Source: Candidatus Parcubacteria bacterium (GTDB lineage Bacteria > Patescibacteriota > Minisyncoccia > Phycocordibacterales > JAKAEA01). Taken from it: a DNA stretch of 57,647 nucleotides. Location of the stretch: contig CAWDXL010000019.1 of assembly GCA_963806325.1 (NCBI GenBank), forward strand, positions 1 to 57,647, read 5' to 3'. Below are positions 21,079 through 33,000 of this stretch, one piece after another. Below the pieces are notes generated by a model, which was not told the origin of the DNA, ran no database searches, and saw only the letters and a program-made list of their open reading frames with translations. Position numbers and translations under genes: made by a program. Position 1 is the first letter of the stretch; every line of letters begins with the position of its first letter.

Positions 21079-23869
21079 ATGGAATCTCCCCAGCTTCATT
21101 CACAGGAATATAAATTTAATTCGCCTGAGGAAGAATTGGCATATTTGCGCGAGAAGGTGGCACTCCGCGAACGCGAATTGACTGCCCGCGGCGCTGAGAC
21201 GCATCATGATTCTATTGTGTCCGACGCAATCAAAGATTATGCGTCAGTGCCAGCAAAAAGTATACTACACGAATCAGCTCAGATATCGCACCGGGGACTC
21301 GAAGCGCTCGCACTCAACCTTGCTCCGGAAGAACATGATACGAAAATGTCTGAGCTTATCGACATGCTTCAGGAGAAAGGTGTAAAAAATACGCTGTCGG
21401 TGGTTGAACACATGAATGATGCACATGTCGAGGATGATTTTCACCGTCTGCTTGTGCAATACATTAAAAAAGGCCATTTCGATGGCGGTCTTTCACCAAA
21501 ATCAGAATTGTTTAAAGAGCTCTCCATGACACTCTATGAAATTTCTCTGCCGGGCGGGGGAGAGCAGGAAAAAGAAAAGCCGATCAAAGAAATTATATCG
21601 GCAATGGAGCAATTTTATTCAGGCATGATTTCGGTGAGTGATGCAAAAAGCTATGACAAATATATCGCTCTTGAAATTGCCAACCCAAACCATAGCGAGG
21701 AATTTATTATTTATGCCGCCGTGCCGGACGATAAAAAAGATCTGTTCGAAAAACAGATCCTTTCGCTGTTTCAAAACGCTAAGCTTAAGGAAGTGCCGGA
21801 TGATTATAATATCTTCAACGAGCAGGGCGTGTCAGCAGGCTCTGTGGCACGATTATCGGCTCATCCGGTCTTTCCCCTCAAGACGTACGAGCAGTTTGAT
21901 CATGATCCGCTCAATGTGATTTTAAATACATTTTCTAAAATAAAAAAAGATGGTGAAGGAGCAGCTTTGCAAATTATTTTTCGACCGGCAAGCGATGCAT
22001 ATACTAAAAAGTACACAAAAGTCCTGACTGAAATAGAGAAGGGTGTATCTGTTGAAGAAGCTCTACCTCGGACATTTGGCGGAGAAGCCCTGAGTATTTT
22101 TTCAGAAATTTTCTTTACGGGCTCAAAAAAAGATGAAGAGGAGAAGAAAAAAGAACCTAAAAAAGTTGATGAGTCTGCGGTGGAAAACATTAAGCACAAG
22201 CTTGAAAGCCCTATAATTGAGGCTAACATTCGCCTTATTGCTTCGGCGGCCACATCGCAGGAAACAATGAGAATTCTGGCTGATATGGAATCCGCGTTTA
22301 ATCAGTTTCACAATCCGCACGGCAATAGTCTTGAGTTTAAGCGCTTAACTAATTTTAAATTACAGTCGCTGGCGAAAGAATTTTCGTTCAGGACATTTTC
22401 AAAAAGCGAAATCTTGCCGCTTTCCATTCAGGAAATTACATCGCTCTTCCATTTTCCCGGAGCCACCATCAAATCTTCTCCTCAGCTCAAGCAATCGAGA
22501 GCTACTGCCGCCGCTGCACCGCTCGACCTGCCAAAATCCGGCACGTTGCTTGGCGTGAATACGTTCCGCAATGTCAAAACAGAAGTGTTTATGACCAAAG
22601 AAGACCGCTTGCGCCACATGTATGTCATCGGCCAGACCGGTACCGGTAAATCAACACTTTTGAAAAATATGGTCGTGCAGGATATTCTGCAGGGCGAGGG
22701 CGTGTGCATGATCGATCCGCACGGCGTCGACATTATCGATATTTTGGCCAATATTCCGCCGGAGCGCTATGAGGACGTTATTTATTTTGATCCGAGCTAT
22801 ACGCCGCGGCCGATGGCGCTCAATATGCTCGAATACGACAGACGATTTCCCCGAGCAAAAGACATTCGTGGTCAACGAAATGATGTCGATTTTCAATAAG
22901 CTCTTCGACATGAAGACTGCCGGCGGCCCGATGTTTGAGCAATATTTCAGAAACGCACAATGCTTGTGACATAGACGATCCGGAAACAGGCTCGACATTG
23001 CTGGATGTTTCGCGCGTCCTTGGCCGAACAAAACATATCGCCAACTTAAAATTTCCCAATGCAAGAATCCGATTGTCGTCCAATTTTGGAAAGAGATTGC
23101 CGAAAGGCCGGCGGGGAAGCGTCGCTCGCCAACATTGTGCCGTACATCACCTCAAAGTTTGATGTCTTCCTTTCAAATGAAATTATGCGCCCGATTGTCG
23201 CTCAGGAAAATTCGGCATTCAATTTCCGCGAAGATGATGGACGAGAAAAAAATTCTGCTCGTCAATCTTGTCCAAAGGCCGCTCGGCGACATCAACGCCA
23301 ACCTCATCGGTCTTATCTTGGTCGGAAAAATCCTGATGGCTGCACTCTCTCGGGCTGATTCCATGCATAAAAATCTCCCGCCGTTTTATCTGTACATAGA
23401 CGAGTTTCAAAACATTACGACAGACTCTATTGCCACCATTCTTTCTGAAGCGAGAAAATATAAATTGTCGCTGAACGTGGCCCATCAATTTATCGCCCAG
23501 CTCGATGAAAAAATCCGCGATGCTGTGTTTGGCAACGTCGGCTCGCTCGGCGTGTTCCGCGTCGGTGCCGATGATGCCGAGTATCTCGAAAAGCAATTTG
23601 CTCCTACATTTACGGCAAAAGATATTATCAACATTGAAAACAGAAATGCATATCTCAAAATTCTTGTTGACGGCAAGCCTGTCAGGCCATTCAATATCGA
23701 AACTCTTCCTCCTCCAAAGGGAAATCCGGCTATTGTCGATAAAATCAAAGAGCTCTCCTATCTTAAATTTGGCCAGGATCGAAGCGAAGTCGAAGCGGTT
23801 ATTATGGAAAAGTATATGAAGAAGCCGGCTCCGGCAACCGACACACCTCCTCTTGCTCCGAAGATTTAA
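21079..23869 (+). CDS. VirB4/VirD4/HerA-like P-loop ATPase, broken by several indels at 22850-23280
   Basis: RHMYVIGQTGTGKS Walker A; IDPHG; LYIDEFQN Walker B; SEARKY...AHQ. Confidence 0.8.
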
Positions 23870-23887
23870 TCGAGGTAGAGTGTATCC

Positions 23888-24493
23888 ATGTCACATCCAA
23901 AAGAAGAACGAACATTCGTTATTATTAAACCAGACGGTATTCAGCGGTCTCTTATCGGTGAAATTATCAAGCGCTACGAGCAGGTAGGCCTTAAGCTTTT
24001 AGCTATGAAGATGCTTGTGCCGACGATAAAGCAAGTGGAAGAGCATTATACGCTCGATCCAAATTGGCGCCGCATAACAGGGGAGAAGACAATTAAAGGC
24101 TACAAGGATAAAGGGCTTCCTCCGCCGTCGGAAGATCCACTCGAGATCACAGCTATTATTCTTGCGAATCTTAAAAAGTACATGTCTGCCGGTCCCGTCA
24201 TTGCCATGATTTGGCAGGGTGCCCACGCAGTAAAAATCATAAGAAAGCTTACCGGTGGTACTGAGCCCCTCACATCTGACGTTGGAACAATTCGCGGAGA
24301 CTATGTTCTCGACTCATATCAAATGACTGACGCTGACGGCCGTGCTATTCGCAACCTTGTGCATGCTTCAGGCTCTCCAGCCGAGGCTGAAATGGAAATC
24401 AAACACTGGTTTAAAGAAAACGAAATCATCAATTATCGCCTCGTTCAGGATGAAATTCTCTACGACGTAAATTTGGACGGAATTATGGAGTAA
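23888..24493 (+). CDS. ndk: Nucleoside diphosphate kinase
   Basis: ERTFVIIKPDG, GTIRGD and NLVHASGS motifs. Confidence 0.95.
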   Translation: MSHPKEERTFVIIKPDGIQRSLIGEIIKRYEQVGLKLLAMKMLVPTIKQVEEHYTLDPNWRRITGEKTIKGYKDKGLPPPSEDPLEITAIILANLKKYMSAGPVIAMIWQGAHAVKIIRKLTGGTEPLTSDVGTIRGDYVLDSYQMTDADGRAIRNLVHASGSPAEAEMEIKHWFKENEIINYRLVQDEILYDVNLDGIME

Positions 24494-24604
24494 AAACAGC
24501 ATAGAAATATAGATAAAAAACACCCGCGCATTATATGTGCGGGTGTTTTGTGTCATAGTACGCTGTTTTGTTTGCAGAAGTTGAATCGGAAGTTATAATG
24601 GACA

Positions 24605-24757
24605 CAGGTCGCACGGGATATTCATTCTGATTAAAGTATTCTTAAGGGAGGTTAACATCGCTGCAAGCTGGAGCGTCCGCCACGCGCGGATACCGATGAA
24701 TGCATGCTGAGACCACCCACTTTGCTTTTAGCAAGGGTGAATACACCCGGCGGCCTG
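24605..24757 (+). ncRNA. ssrS: Probable 6S RNA
   Basis: Rod-like fold: CAGGTCGC/GCGGCCTG, ATTCATTCT/AGGGTGAAT, central bubble, GGGAGGTT/GACCACCC, CATCG/CGATG; TATAAT at 24594-24599. Confidence 0.6.
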
Positions 24758-24822
24758 CTCAAGGCCCCGTTTGCTGAAATATGCAGACGGGATTTTGATT
24801 GGTTATTTGCTATACTATATCC

Positions 24823-25236
24823 ATGACAAACCGGAATTTTCTGATTGTGCTTGTGTTCATTATTCTTTGTGTGGCTGTTCTGCACTATCTGGGTTTTTAT
24901 CTTCAGCTCTACTGGCGTGTGGGCTGGTATGACCGCGTTGTTCATACGCTCGGCGGAATATGGATAGCGCTTACGCTTTTTTACTTTTTAAAAACACGAA
25001 TGGTTTCTATTCCGGATACAGTCTGGTTATTTTTTGTGGGTATAGGAGCGGCGCTTATTGTGGGAATCATCTGGGAATTTTTTGAAGTCAAAGCTGGAAT
25101 CACGGTCATTTCTGATAAGGGGTATCTTGCCGATACGGTAGGAGACATTATTTCTGATGTGTGCGGCGGCTTGCTCGCATCTGTGTATGCTTATTTTTAT
25201 TTAAATATAATTTCATGGAAAACACTAAAAAATTAA
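24823..25236 (+). CDS. Four-TM membrane protein (VanZ/DUF2238-like motifs)
   Basis: WYDRVVHTLGG, WEFFE and DTVGDI motifs. Confidence 0.7.
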   Translation: MTNRNFLIVLVFIILCVAVLHYLGFYLQLYWRVGWYDRVVHTLGGIWIALTLFYFLKTRMVSIPDTVWLFFVGIGAALIVGIIWEFFEVKAGITVISDKGYLADTVGDIISDVCGGLLASVYAYFYLNIISWKTLKN

Positions 25237-26657
25237 CACTGTCGTTTTGTGCGGGTGTAGGAACAGTGACAGGGGCTAATTTTTTACTTGAAGAGCAACT
25301 TCCCCTCAATCCCCTCCTTGCTCAGGAGGGGAGCCCGAAGCAGGCTCCTCAAGAAAGTCGGAGTAAAAAAATTTTAATAGACTGCGGATTTGAGCAAGGA
25401 TCAGAATCTGCCGATGCCCACAATAGGGAAGCGTTTCCATACGACCCGGCTTCGATAGATATCTTGCTTATTACTCACGCTCATATGGATCACATCGGCC
25501 GGGTGCCGAAGCTTGTGAAAGACGGCTTTAAGGGCGTTATTTATTCAACACCCGCTACGCGCGATCTCTCGTTGGTGATGCTTGAGGATGCCGTTCATCT
25601 TTTAGATGAAGACGCTCGGAAAAACGGTGAACTAGCTATGTATGAGGAAAAAGACTTTAAGAAAGCTTTTGGATTATGGAAAACAGCCAATTATTATTCT
25701 ACGATAGATCTCGGCGGAGAGCTGCAGGCATATGTAAAAGACTCCGGTCATATTTTAGGATCAGTAATGTATGAGATTTCTCAAAAAGGAGGGACCCGAA
25801 AGATTGTTTTTACTGGAGATTTGGGAAATTCACCATCGCTCTTTTTGCGTGATACCGATTCTATTAAAGATACTACCTACCTCGTCATGGAATCGGTATA
25901 TGGAGATCGCAACCATGAATCAAAAGAAGAGCGCAAGGCAAAACTCATCTCAATTATAGAAGAAACCATACAAAAAAAGAGAAGCCTTGTTATTCCGGTA
26001 TTTTCGCTCGAGCGAACGCAGGATATTCTCTTTGAAATCAATGATCTGATAGAGACAAAAAAGATTCCGGACATTAAAGTGTATATAGATTCTCCGCTTG
26101 CAACGAAAGTTACCGATATTTATGAGCGATACGCCACGGATTTCAATCCGGCTGCGCGTGCGCTTGTTGAAAAAGGCGATGATATTTTTAATTTTGAAAG
26201 CCTTAAGTTTACTGTACGCCGACAGGAGTCCGAGCATATCGATCACACGATCAATCCAAAAATAATCATGGCCGGATCGGGTATGAGCAATGGCGGCCGC
26301 ATTTTAAACCATGAAAAGCATTTTCTTCCCGATCCGGAGGCAACAGTGCTTCTTGTCGGCTATCAGGCTGTCGGCACGCTCGGAAGACAGATTTTGGATG
26401 GAGCAAAGACTGTTGTTATCAATAATGAAACTATTCCGGTACGGGCGAGCATAGAAAGTATTATGGGCTATTCATCGCACAAAGACTCAGAGCATCTTGT
26501 CGAATTTGTGGCCGAAGCGAAAGATACGCTTAAAAAAGTGTTCGTGGTCATGGGTGAGCCGAAAGCCCAAGCGTTCCTTGTTCAGCACCTTCGCGACTAT
26601 ATTAATGTAAATGCTACTGCTCCACAGAAAGGGGACAGTGTAGAAATAGAGCTATAA
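25215..26657 (+). CDS. MBL-fold beta-CASP ribonuclease
   Basis: THAHMDHIG, GHILGS, FTGDLG, ESVYG and YSSHKD motifs. Confidence 0.9.
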   Translation: MENTKKLTLSFCAGVGTVTGANFLLEEQLPLNPLLAQEGSPKQAPQESRSKKILIDCGFEQGSESADAHNREAFPYDPASIDILLITHAHMDHIGRVPKLVKDGFKGVIYSTPATRDLSLVMLEDAVHLLDEDARKNGELAMYEEKDFKKAFGLWKTANYYSTIDLGGELQAYVKDSGHILGSVMYEISQKGGTRKIVFTGDLGNSPSLFLRDTDSIKDTTYLVMESVYGDRNHESKEERKAKLISIIEETIQKKRSLVIPVFSLERTQDILFEINDLIETKKIPDIKVYIDSPLATKVTDIYERYATDFNPAARALVEKGDDIFNFESLKFTVRRQESEHIDHTINPKIIMAGSGMSNGGRILNHEKHFLPDPEATVLLVGYQAVGTLGRQILDGAKTVVINNETIPVRASIESIMGYSSHKDSEHLVEFVAEAKDTLKKVFVVMGEPKAQAFLVQHLRDYINVNATAPQKGDSVEIEL

Positions 26658-26660
26658 AAA

Positions 26661-27005
26661 TTATTTTGACTGAGTAAGTACTCGCTTGAATGTTTCAGGA
26701 TTTTCGGCAGCAAGCTGGGAAAGAATCTTGCGATCGACAAGGATATTCTTTTTCTTGAGTGCGCCCATAAATTTGCTGAATGAAACGCCTTCTTTATCAA
26801 GGGCTGCATTGATGCGGACATTAAAGAGTCGGCGCGTTTCGCCTTTCTTATCGCGGCGGTGGGCAAATGAGTAGGTGCCGGCGTGCGAGATGGCTTCATA
26901 TGCCTGGCGCTCTTTGGTGCCACGGCCAAAACGGTAGCCTTTTACCTGTTTTAATACATTTCGTCTTGTCTTGAGGGCGTTAACGCCTTTTTTAACTCGT
27001 GTCAT
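26661..27005 (-). CDS. rplT: 50S ribosomal protein L20
   Basis: MTRVKKG, RINAA and DRKILSQLA motifs. Confidence 0.97.
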   Translation of the reverse strand: MTRVKKGVNALKTRRNVLKQVKGYRFGRGTKERQAYEAISHAGTYSFAHRRDKKGETRRLFNVRINAALDKEGVSFSKFMGALKKKNILVDRKILSQLAAENPETFKRVLTQSK

Positions 27006-27014
27006 GGTGGTTTA

Positions 27015-27206
27015 TTAAATACTGCTAGTAGCCAAAAAACGCGATTTTGCTTTGTTTTTCATGAGCATGCCGAGTGTTCGGTGTGCTGCGAGCTGGCTGC
27101 GGCGGCCTTTCTTCGCGCGGAAGTGGTTTTGTCCAGCTTTGCGAATAACAAGCTTACCGTTTTTGGTAATCTTCAGCCTTTTTGTAAATGATTTATTTGT
27201 TTTCAT
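27015..27206 (-). CDS. rpmI: 50S ribosomal protein L35
   Basis: MKTNKSFTKRLKITKNGK; lies between infC and rplT. Confidence 0.9.
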   Translation of the reverse strand: MKTNKSFTKRLKITKNGKLVIRKAGQNHFRAKKGRRSQLAAHRTLGMLMKNKAKSRFLATSSI

Positions 27207-27213
27207 TGTCTTT

Positions 27214-27741
27214 TTATTTTCCTGATTTCTCAATGATGACCGTGAGGCCCTTGAGGCTTTTCTTTGGCGCATCCGCAATCTTATATTCTTCCGTGATGAG
27301 ATGCAATACCCGTTCCATGCGAGTCTTTAAAAAATTGAAATCCATATACTTTGATCGGCCAGTGAGGAACAGTTCAATTTTTACCCGATGCCCGTCTTTT
27401 AGCCATTCCGAAGCCTTCTTGGCTTTGAGATCGAGATCGTGATCGCCTGTACCGACTTTAACCTGAATATTCTTGGTTTCGGTCGTCTTCGATTTTGCTT
27501 TGGCCGCCTTCAGTTTCTTGCTCTCAGCATACTGGAATTTTCCGTACTCCATGAGCTTAGCAATAGGCGGAACGGCATTCGGAGCGATTTCAATGAGATC
27601 AATGCCAAGCTCAGCCGCTTTCGCGAGTGCTGCCTGAGTGGTCATGACGCCGAGGTTTTCACCTTCGTCGGTGATGACCCGGAGCTCAAGAGCTTGGATC
27701 TGATGATTGATGCGTACTCGATTCAGATGGATATTGCTAAT
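27214..27741 (-). CDS. infC: Translation initiation factor IF-3, probable ATT start
   Basis: RINHQI, DLIEIAP and MEYGKFQY motifs; no ATG near the start, in-frame ATT at 27741 as is typical for infC. Confidence 0.92.
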   Translation of the reverse strand: MSNIHLNRVRINHQIQALELRVITDEGENLGVMTTQAALAKAAELGIDLIEIAPNAVPPIAKLMEYGKFQYAESKKLKAAKAKSKTTETKNIQVKVGTGDHDLDLKAKKASEWLKDGHRVKIELFLTGRSKYMDFNFLKTRMERVLHLITEEYKIADAPKKSLKGLTVIIEKSGK

Positions 27742-27844
27742 TGATAAATGCCGGCTCACTATAGCATGCTTTGTTTTTTGTGGCAATACAATATAAGGCA
27801 ACAAAAAACCGCCCTCCGATTGCTCTCGGGACGGTTTTTTGGGA

Positions 27845-28042
27845 CTATGCGCGCTGTACGTTTACAGCGTTCAAACCCTTTGGTGACTCTTCAGTCTCAA
27901 ATGTGACAGCGTCGCCTTCGCGAAGCTCATCAAATTTTACGCCGACGAGAGCGTTGCTATGGAAAAAGACGTCTTTTCCCATGCCCTCAGCCGAAATGAA
28001 GCCGAAACCATTGGCAGTTACCTTTTTGATGGTACCTTTCAT
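27845..28042 (-). CDS. Cold-shock protein (CspA family)
   Basis: GFGFI and DVFFH RNP motifs. Confidence 0.93.
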   Translation of the reverse strand: MKGTIKKVTANGFGFISAEGMGKDVFFHSNALVGVKFDELREGDAVTFETEESPKGLNAVNVQRA

Positions 28043-28176
28043 GATGTTTGGTTTATTGCGATTAATTTTACAAATAGAGATGTGTTCTAGAAATTCGACG
28101 ATTTCGAATCATAGCTCCTTGTTCCTATAGACTAGAACATTGCCCCCTTTTTGTCAATCCCTTTTTCCACAGCCTG

Positions 28177-28848
28177 TTATTCGGTCTGGTTTTCATCATT
28201 TTCATCACCGCTATCAGCATCGTCTTCCATGTCGTCACTATCAACAGGATCAGTGTCAGTTTCGCTGTTGGCTGCCGAGCTATTGTGGGCATCACTGCGT
28301 ATTTTTGAGGCTCGTTCAAGCAGATAGCGGGATAATTTTCGGGCAATCGATAAATCAATGATAGGTATGAGAAATTTCTTAGTCTTTTTCCCCATATCAT
28401 CAACCTCTTTGTCGGCAGCAGTTACAATATCAAGCTTGGCAATGCCAAACATTCTGTAATGATATGGCCGCTCGATATGGACGTTGGTAATTTGCTGATA
28501 GGGGATAGTTGTCTCCCTAATGAAGAACAGTCCACGGTGGAGATGGATTGCATATTGGTCGACGACAAATTTATAGTTGCGGTATATAACGCTTGCTTCT
28601 AGGTATGCGATTACAATGAATGCTGCGCCGAGGAGAGCAATCCATTCTGAAAGCATTGCTACACTGATATACCAATCCGGATGGGCTCCGAGAAAGGATT
28701 GCATGCCATCATGAAAATTTCCAAAATACATGAGCCATGCAAGATATATGCACGCAAGGCCGATAAGAACAACCCACCATCCGTGGCGAATGAATAAATA
28801 AAAGAAAGTCTTCTTGCCCCGCGTGTGTTTTCGTCTGGACTTAGACAT
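28177..28848 (-). CDS. Membrane protein with bacterial PH domain
   Basis: Two TM segments, then RGLFFIRETTIPYQQITNV...RMFGIAKL; acidic tail. Confidence 0.75.
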   Translation of the reverse strand: MSKSRRKHTRGKKTFFYLFIRHGWWVVLIGLACIYLAWLMYFGNFHDGMQSFLGAHPDWYISVAMLSEWIALLGAAFIVIAYLEASVIYRNYKFVVDQYAIHLHRGLFFIRETTIPYQQITNVHIERPYHYRMFGIAKLDIVTAADKEVDDMGKKTKKFLIPIIDLSIARKLSRYLLERASKIRSDAHNSSAANSETDTDPVDSDDMEDDADSGDENDENQTE

Positions 28849-28874
28849 ATATTATATTGTACATCATGCATACA

Positions 28875-29195
28875 TTATTCCATTGCTTTGAAATATTCAG
28901 TCCAGGTAGCCATAGTGGTGTCGCTCAGTATTTTTTCAGAAAGCGGCGGCAATTCTTTATTGTGCTTCTCGATGTAGGTTACAATTTCTGCGGCAGACAT
29001 ATTTTTGAGAGTATTTTTAATATTTTCGTCAGGCAGATTGTGTATATATAAAGTAAGTGCGCGGCTTATGGCGACATCGTTGACGTCTGCAATGATAGTA
29101 TCAAGATCTTGTTCGGGGGCCCCAAGCGATAGAAGCTGTTCTTTTATGATTTCAATATCGGAATTATGGTTATCATGATCATTCATATTATTCAT
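28875..29195 (-). CDS. Hypothetical protein
   Basis: 106-aa ORF co-oriented with its neighbours. Confidence 0.6.
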   Translation of the reverse strand: MNNMNDHDNHNSDIEIIKEQLLSLGAPEQDLDTIIADVNDVAISRALTLYIHNLPDENIKNTLKNMSAAEIVTYIEKHNKELPPLSEKILSDTTMATWTEYFKAME

Positions 29196-29215
29196 GCATT
29201 AAAAATATAAAATTT

Positions 29216-29446
29216 TTATTTTGAAAGCTGTTTTTTGGCAAATGAGCGCGCTCCGAGTGCTGATACTGCCCAGCCGAGGAGAAGGGTAATGGGATTGGAA
29301 AAACCGAGCAGCATGAGTGCTTTTACGCCGAGTGTTCCTCCAATTGATCCGAGAAACAATGACCCCACCTCAATACTGGCTTTTTTGAGCCAGTCCGTAT
29401 GTTTTCCTCCAAATATTGATTCTGGACTGCTTGCTTTTTCACTCAT
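29216..29446 (-). CDS. Small glycine-zipper-like membrane protein
   Basis: Two hydrophobic Gly-rich segments; TGATATACT box 6 nt before the ATG. Confidence 0.6.
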   Translation of the reverse strand: MSEKASSPESIFGGKHTDWLKKASIEVGSLFLGSIGGTLGVKALMLLGFSNPITLLLGWAVSALGARSFAKKQLSK

Positions 29447-29496
29447 GCGGGAAGTATATCACTTTGAACATGTCTTTGAAAATTGTGGTATGAAAA

Positions 29497-29540
29497 AACC
29501 GCGAGAAGCGTTGAGAATAATCTCGCGGCTTTTCGCGGTT
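29497..29540. terminator. Terminator-like hairpin
   Basis: AACCGCGAGAAGC / GCTTTTCGCGGTT. Confidence 0.55.
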
Positions 29541-29554
29541 GGCGTTGCAGGTTG

Positions 29555-29896
29555 CTAATGTAGCGACCGCAACTCTCGAATAAATGTTGCGCTACGGCGG
29601 TGACCTCGGCGTCGCACGCGGATCAGAGTGAGGTGGTCGCAGCCGCCAATGATATTGACGACGTGTCCGCTCATCCAGTTTCCGTTCCGTGACTCAAACC
29701 GAACAATTTTTGGTTTGCCGGTCTTGTACGCCACGGTGTGGCAGCGAGGGGAGGCCTTGAACGGGGTTTTTCCCTCTTTCGCATCCAGGATGAACTCGGC
29801 CTCGATGTAGTCATCCGGGGCATCCTGGATCCACGCATCTTTCCTGAAAAGCGCCGTAAAGAAGGCCACGATAATCTGGATAATGCGGTTGAACAT
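29555..29896 (-). CDS. Hypothetical protein (ORFan-like)
   Basis: ATG preceded by AGGAG; 113 aa; followed by a hairpin. Confidence 0.55.
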   Translation of the reverse strand: MFNRIIQIIVAFFTALFRKDAWIQDAPDDYIEAEFILDAKEGKTPFKASPRCHTVAYKTGKPKIVRFESRNGNWMSGHVVNIIGGCDHLTLIRVRRRGHRRSATFIRELRSLH

Positions 29897-30099
29897 CAGA
29901 CTCTCCTGGTATGAGGAATTTGGTTGAGAGGGGCTGGCTGTGAGGCCAGCTGACAAGTTCCGCAATATGATATCACTCTAATAATAATATGTCAAGCTCT
30001 ACGGACGGTTCCAGAGTTATCCCCACCAATCAGGCCGTTTTAAATCTCAGCCATTATATACTAAAGGCACTTATTATTAACATACGTGGTTTTTATTTT

Positions 30100-33000
30100 A
30101 TGAACAGAAAATATACAGTAGGAATTTTTGTGCTCTCGCTCCTTGCACTTTTTGCCGCCAGTTTTCATAAAGCGCAGGCGACTATTTATTCCGCCGGATC
30201 TCTCTATGGCACCGTTACAGCTGTCAATCCAAGCAATAATACGCTGACAGTCCTTGAAAATAACGTAAGTTTTGTTGTTGCCGTCGATCCGACAAAAGCA
30301 GTCCTTGAAATCAATAAAGTAGGCGCTCCCGGCGCGCTTCTTTCTGATTTTGTGACGGGTGCAACCGCCAGCATCAAGGCTGTTGTCAATACAGGAAATA
30401 ATACCGCACAAGCTCTGACAGCCACATCATCTATTACTGAATTGGTCTCGGGATTCAGCGATAGCGGTACTATTGTCTCTGTCTCTAGCAACAGTTTTAC
30501 GTTTACGGACAACGCTACCCCGGCACAGACCTTCACCGTGCTTCCAAGTTCATATACGCAAGTGCGAATAAATAATGTCATTACCGCTAACGGAATCAAC
30601 CAAGTTGAAGTAGGGGAGAATGTGGATGTATTGGGTTATTATAAAGATGCTACGCATATTATGAGCGGAGATATTTTTGTGACGCCAGGCACCATAACTC
30701 TGCCACCTAGTGGCGGTATGGTACATACAGGCGGAACCACTGCTATAGCACCAGTTATCTCAAGCATCAGTCCTGCATCAGGACCTGCCGGTTCAACATT
30801 TATAATAACTGGAAGCGGTTTTGTTGGTCTAAATAGTGTTACATGGACTGGCCCAGGAGCTGATTTTAGTCTTACTCCAACCAGTATTTCACCAACCAGC
30901 ATTACTTTCACAGTTCCAAGTAATTCAGTAGCCGGTTCTTATAATGTGAGTGTCTTAGAAAAATATGGGACATCAGATACTCCGAGTATTTCCAGTAATG
31001 TGTAAAACATTCATTGTTACGGCTGCTTCAGTGACTCCTCCCGCCAGCACAGTCATTACATCTCTTACCCGGCATCAGGAAAAGTCTGAGACACTATTAA
31101 AATAAACGGCAGCGGATTTTCAACTACGGCAAATTATGTAAATTTCGGTTCAAATCAAACGGTTGTGGCTACTCGCCTCAGTGCAACCCAGCTCTCTTTA
31201 TTGTTCCATCAACAGGCTGCACGGTAAACGTTGCATGCTCGGTAAGTACATATAATTCTGATACGGTTGCTGGCGGCGCCACGAGTAATCCTGAATTGTT
31301 TACGGTGACGACCGCTACAGCACCTGTTACTCCAATAAATCCCGCAACAATCGATTGAACAATCTCATCTCTTAGTCCAACATTACGATCAGTTGGAACC
31401 CTGGTCACCATTACTGGTACCGGATTTTCAACTTCGGCAAATATTGTTAATTTCGGATCCGATCCTATCTCCGCGCTCTCTACTGATGGGACGCATCTTA
31501 TATTCAAAATCCCGACGGTTGAATTTGGGCCCTGCACAAATAACGCATGTTCTGATTTTGCTGTAAATATACTTCCTGGACCCTACGTAATTTCTGTTGC
31601 AAGACTGCTGGCGGTACGAGCAATATTACAACATTTAAAGTTGTGGCGGCTGCGCCTGTTGTGACGGTTTCTTCTATTTCGTATTTCACGCTCACAACCA
31701 GCCCTAACCCTCTCAGCGACAATGGCACAAATTACGGTACTACAAAATTCAGCATCATACTGCGCGCCTTTGATTTCAGCAATAAAGAAATTACCGCTCT
31801 AAACGGAGAAACGTATAAGGTTACATATCTCCTCGGCAATCCAAATTTGAACGGTTGGACTACGGCAACGTGGCCATATGTCGTAAGCAGCGGCCCATTG
31901 CCTCAAGTTATCAGTGCAACTCTTGCAACTTCCGCTTCAGGTGCGGTAATTAACGGCATTGCACCGATTACCAATCCAGGCACTCTTGCGCCGGGATCAG
32001 GAACATATACCTTGCAGGCAAGCGTTGATGTGACTGCAAATGGAAAAACTAGCACTCTCAAGTCCAACACGATTTCAAACTTTCTTGTTGTAGGAGCAAA
32101 TGCACCTGCAACACCTGTGGTAACGACGCCACCGTCTATTACAACCACACCTTCTACGCCTATCACATATCCTGCTCCTACTATTGGTATCACAAGTGAT
32201 TCTGGTCTCACTCCTACCACAGCGATCACTGCTGGCTCAAATATTAATCTATCGTTCAATATTAATAATGGAGGTGATCCAACTACATCTTGTAGCGCAA
32301 GTGGCGGCTGGGGTCCTGGTCCAGTCGGTTCAACATCCGGTAGTTTTACTCAGCTCATACAGAACGTAACTACAACATCAACTTATACCCTCACCTGCAC
32401 AAATAGCGGTGGTACGGATAGTAAGAGTGTGACGGTGTATGTGGCCAATGCTCTTGATCTTTCTCCGATGTCGTTCCATCTGACAAGTCTAAAGAGTTCT
32501 ATTGTCCCTCCTGGTCCCAATGCGCAATGCGGTTCAGTTTTTGGACCATTCAGTACATCCCTGGTTTCTGTCAACATGCCTTCTTCGGCAGGAGCAGTAA
32601 TACATCTTCCAGCAGGAGAGACGTATATGACAACATTCTATCTTGATACTCCTGATAAAACTCTTCTAACTGTAAGCGGTAAAGGATCAACCGCACAGGA
32701 TATACTTAAAACCCAGACCCTTTGGACGACCTTGTCAACAACCCAAGATCCGGCCAATCCAGGTTCTGTACTTACTACGACAATTAATGCAAATATTCCT
32801 AAAAATGTCAGTAGTAAATACAATGAATTAGGCTCTACAATCACCGCATCAGGATCGTCGCATACCATTGGTGCCAATATGGTAATTTATCAAAATGGAA
32901 GCCCTATTACCACTCTCTCGGTCCCTTCATCTGGACTTATAAATGTTACCAAAGCCTTTCCAACGACATGCCGTGTTCCTGCTGCTCCTGTTACTCCTAC

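Noticed and set aside
24652-24945. Minus-strand 97-aa ORF; region as RNase P or SRP RNA
   Set aside because: The ORF is antisense to the 6S-like RNA and a membrane gene; the GAGGAAAGTCC and SRP GGAA-loop signatures are absent.
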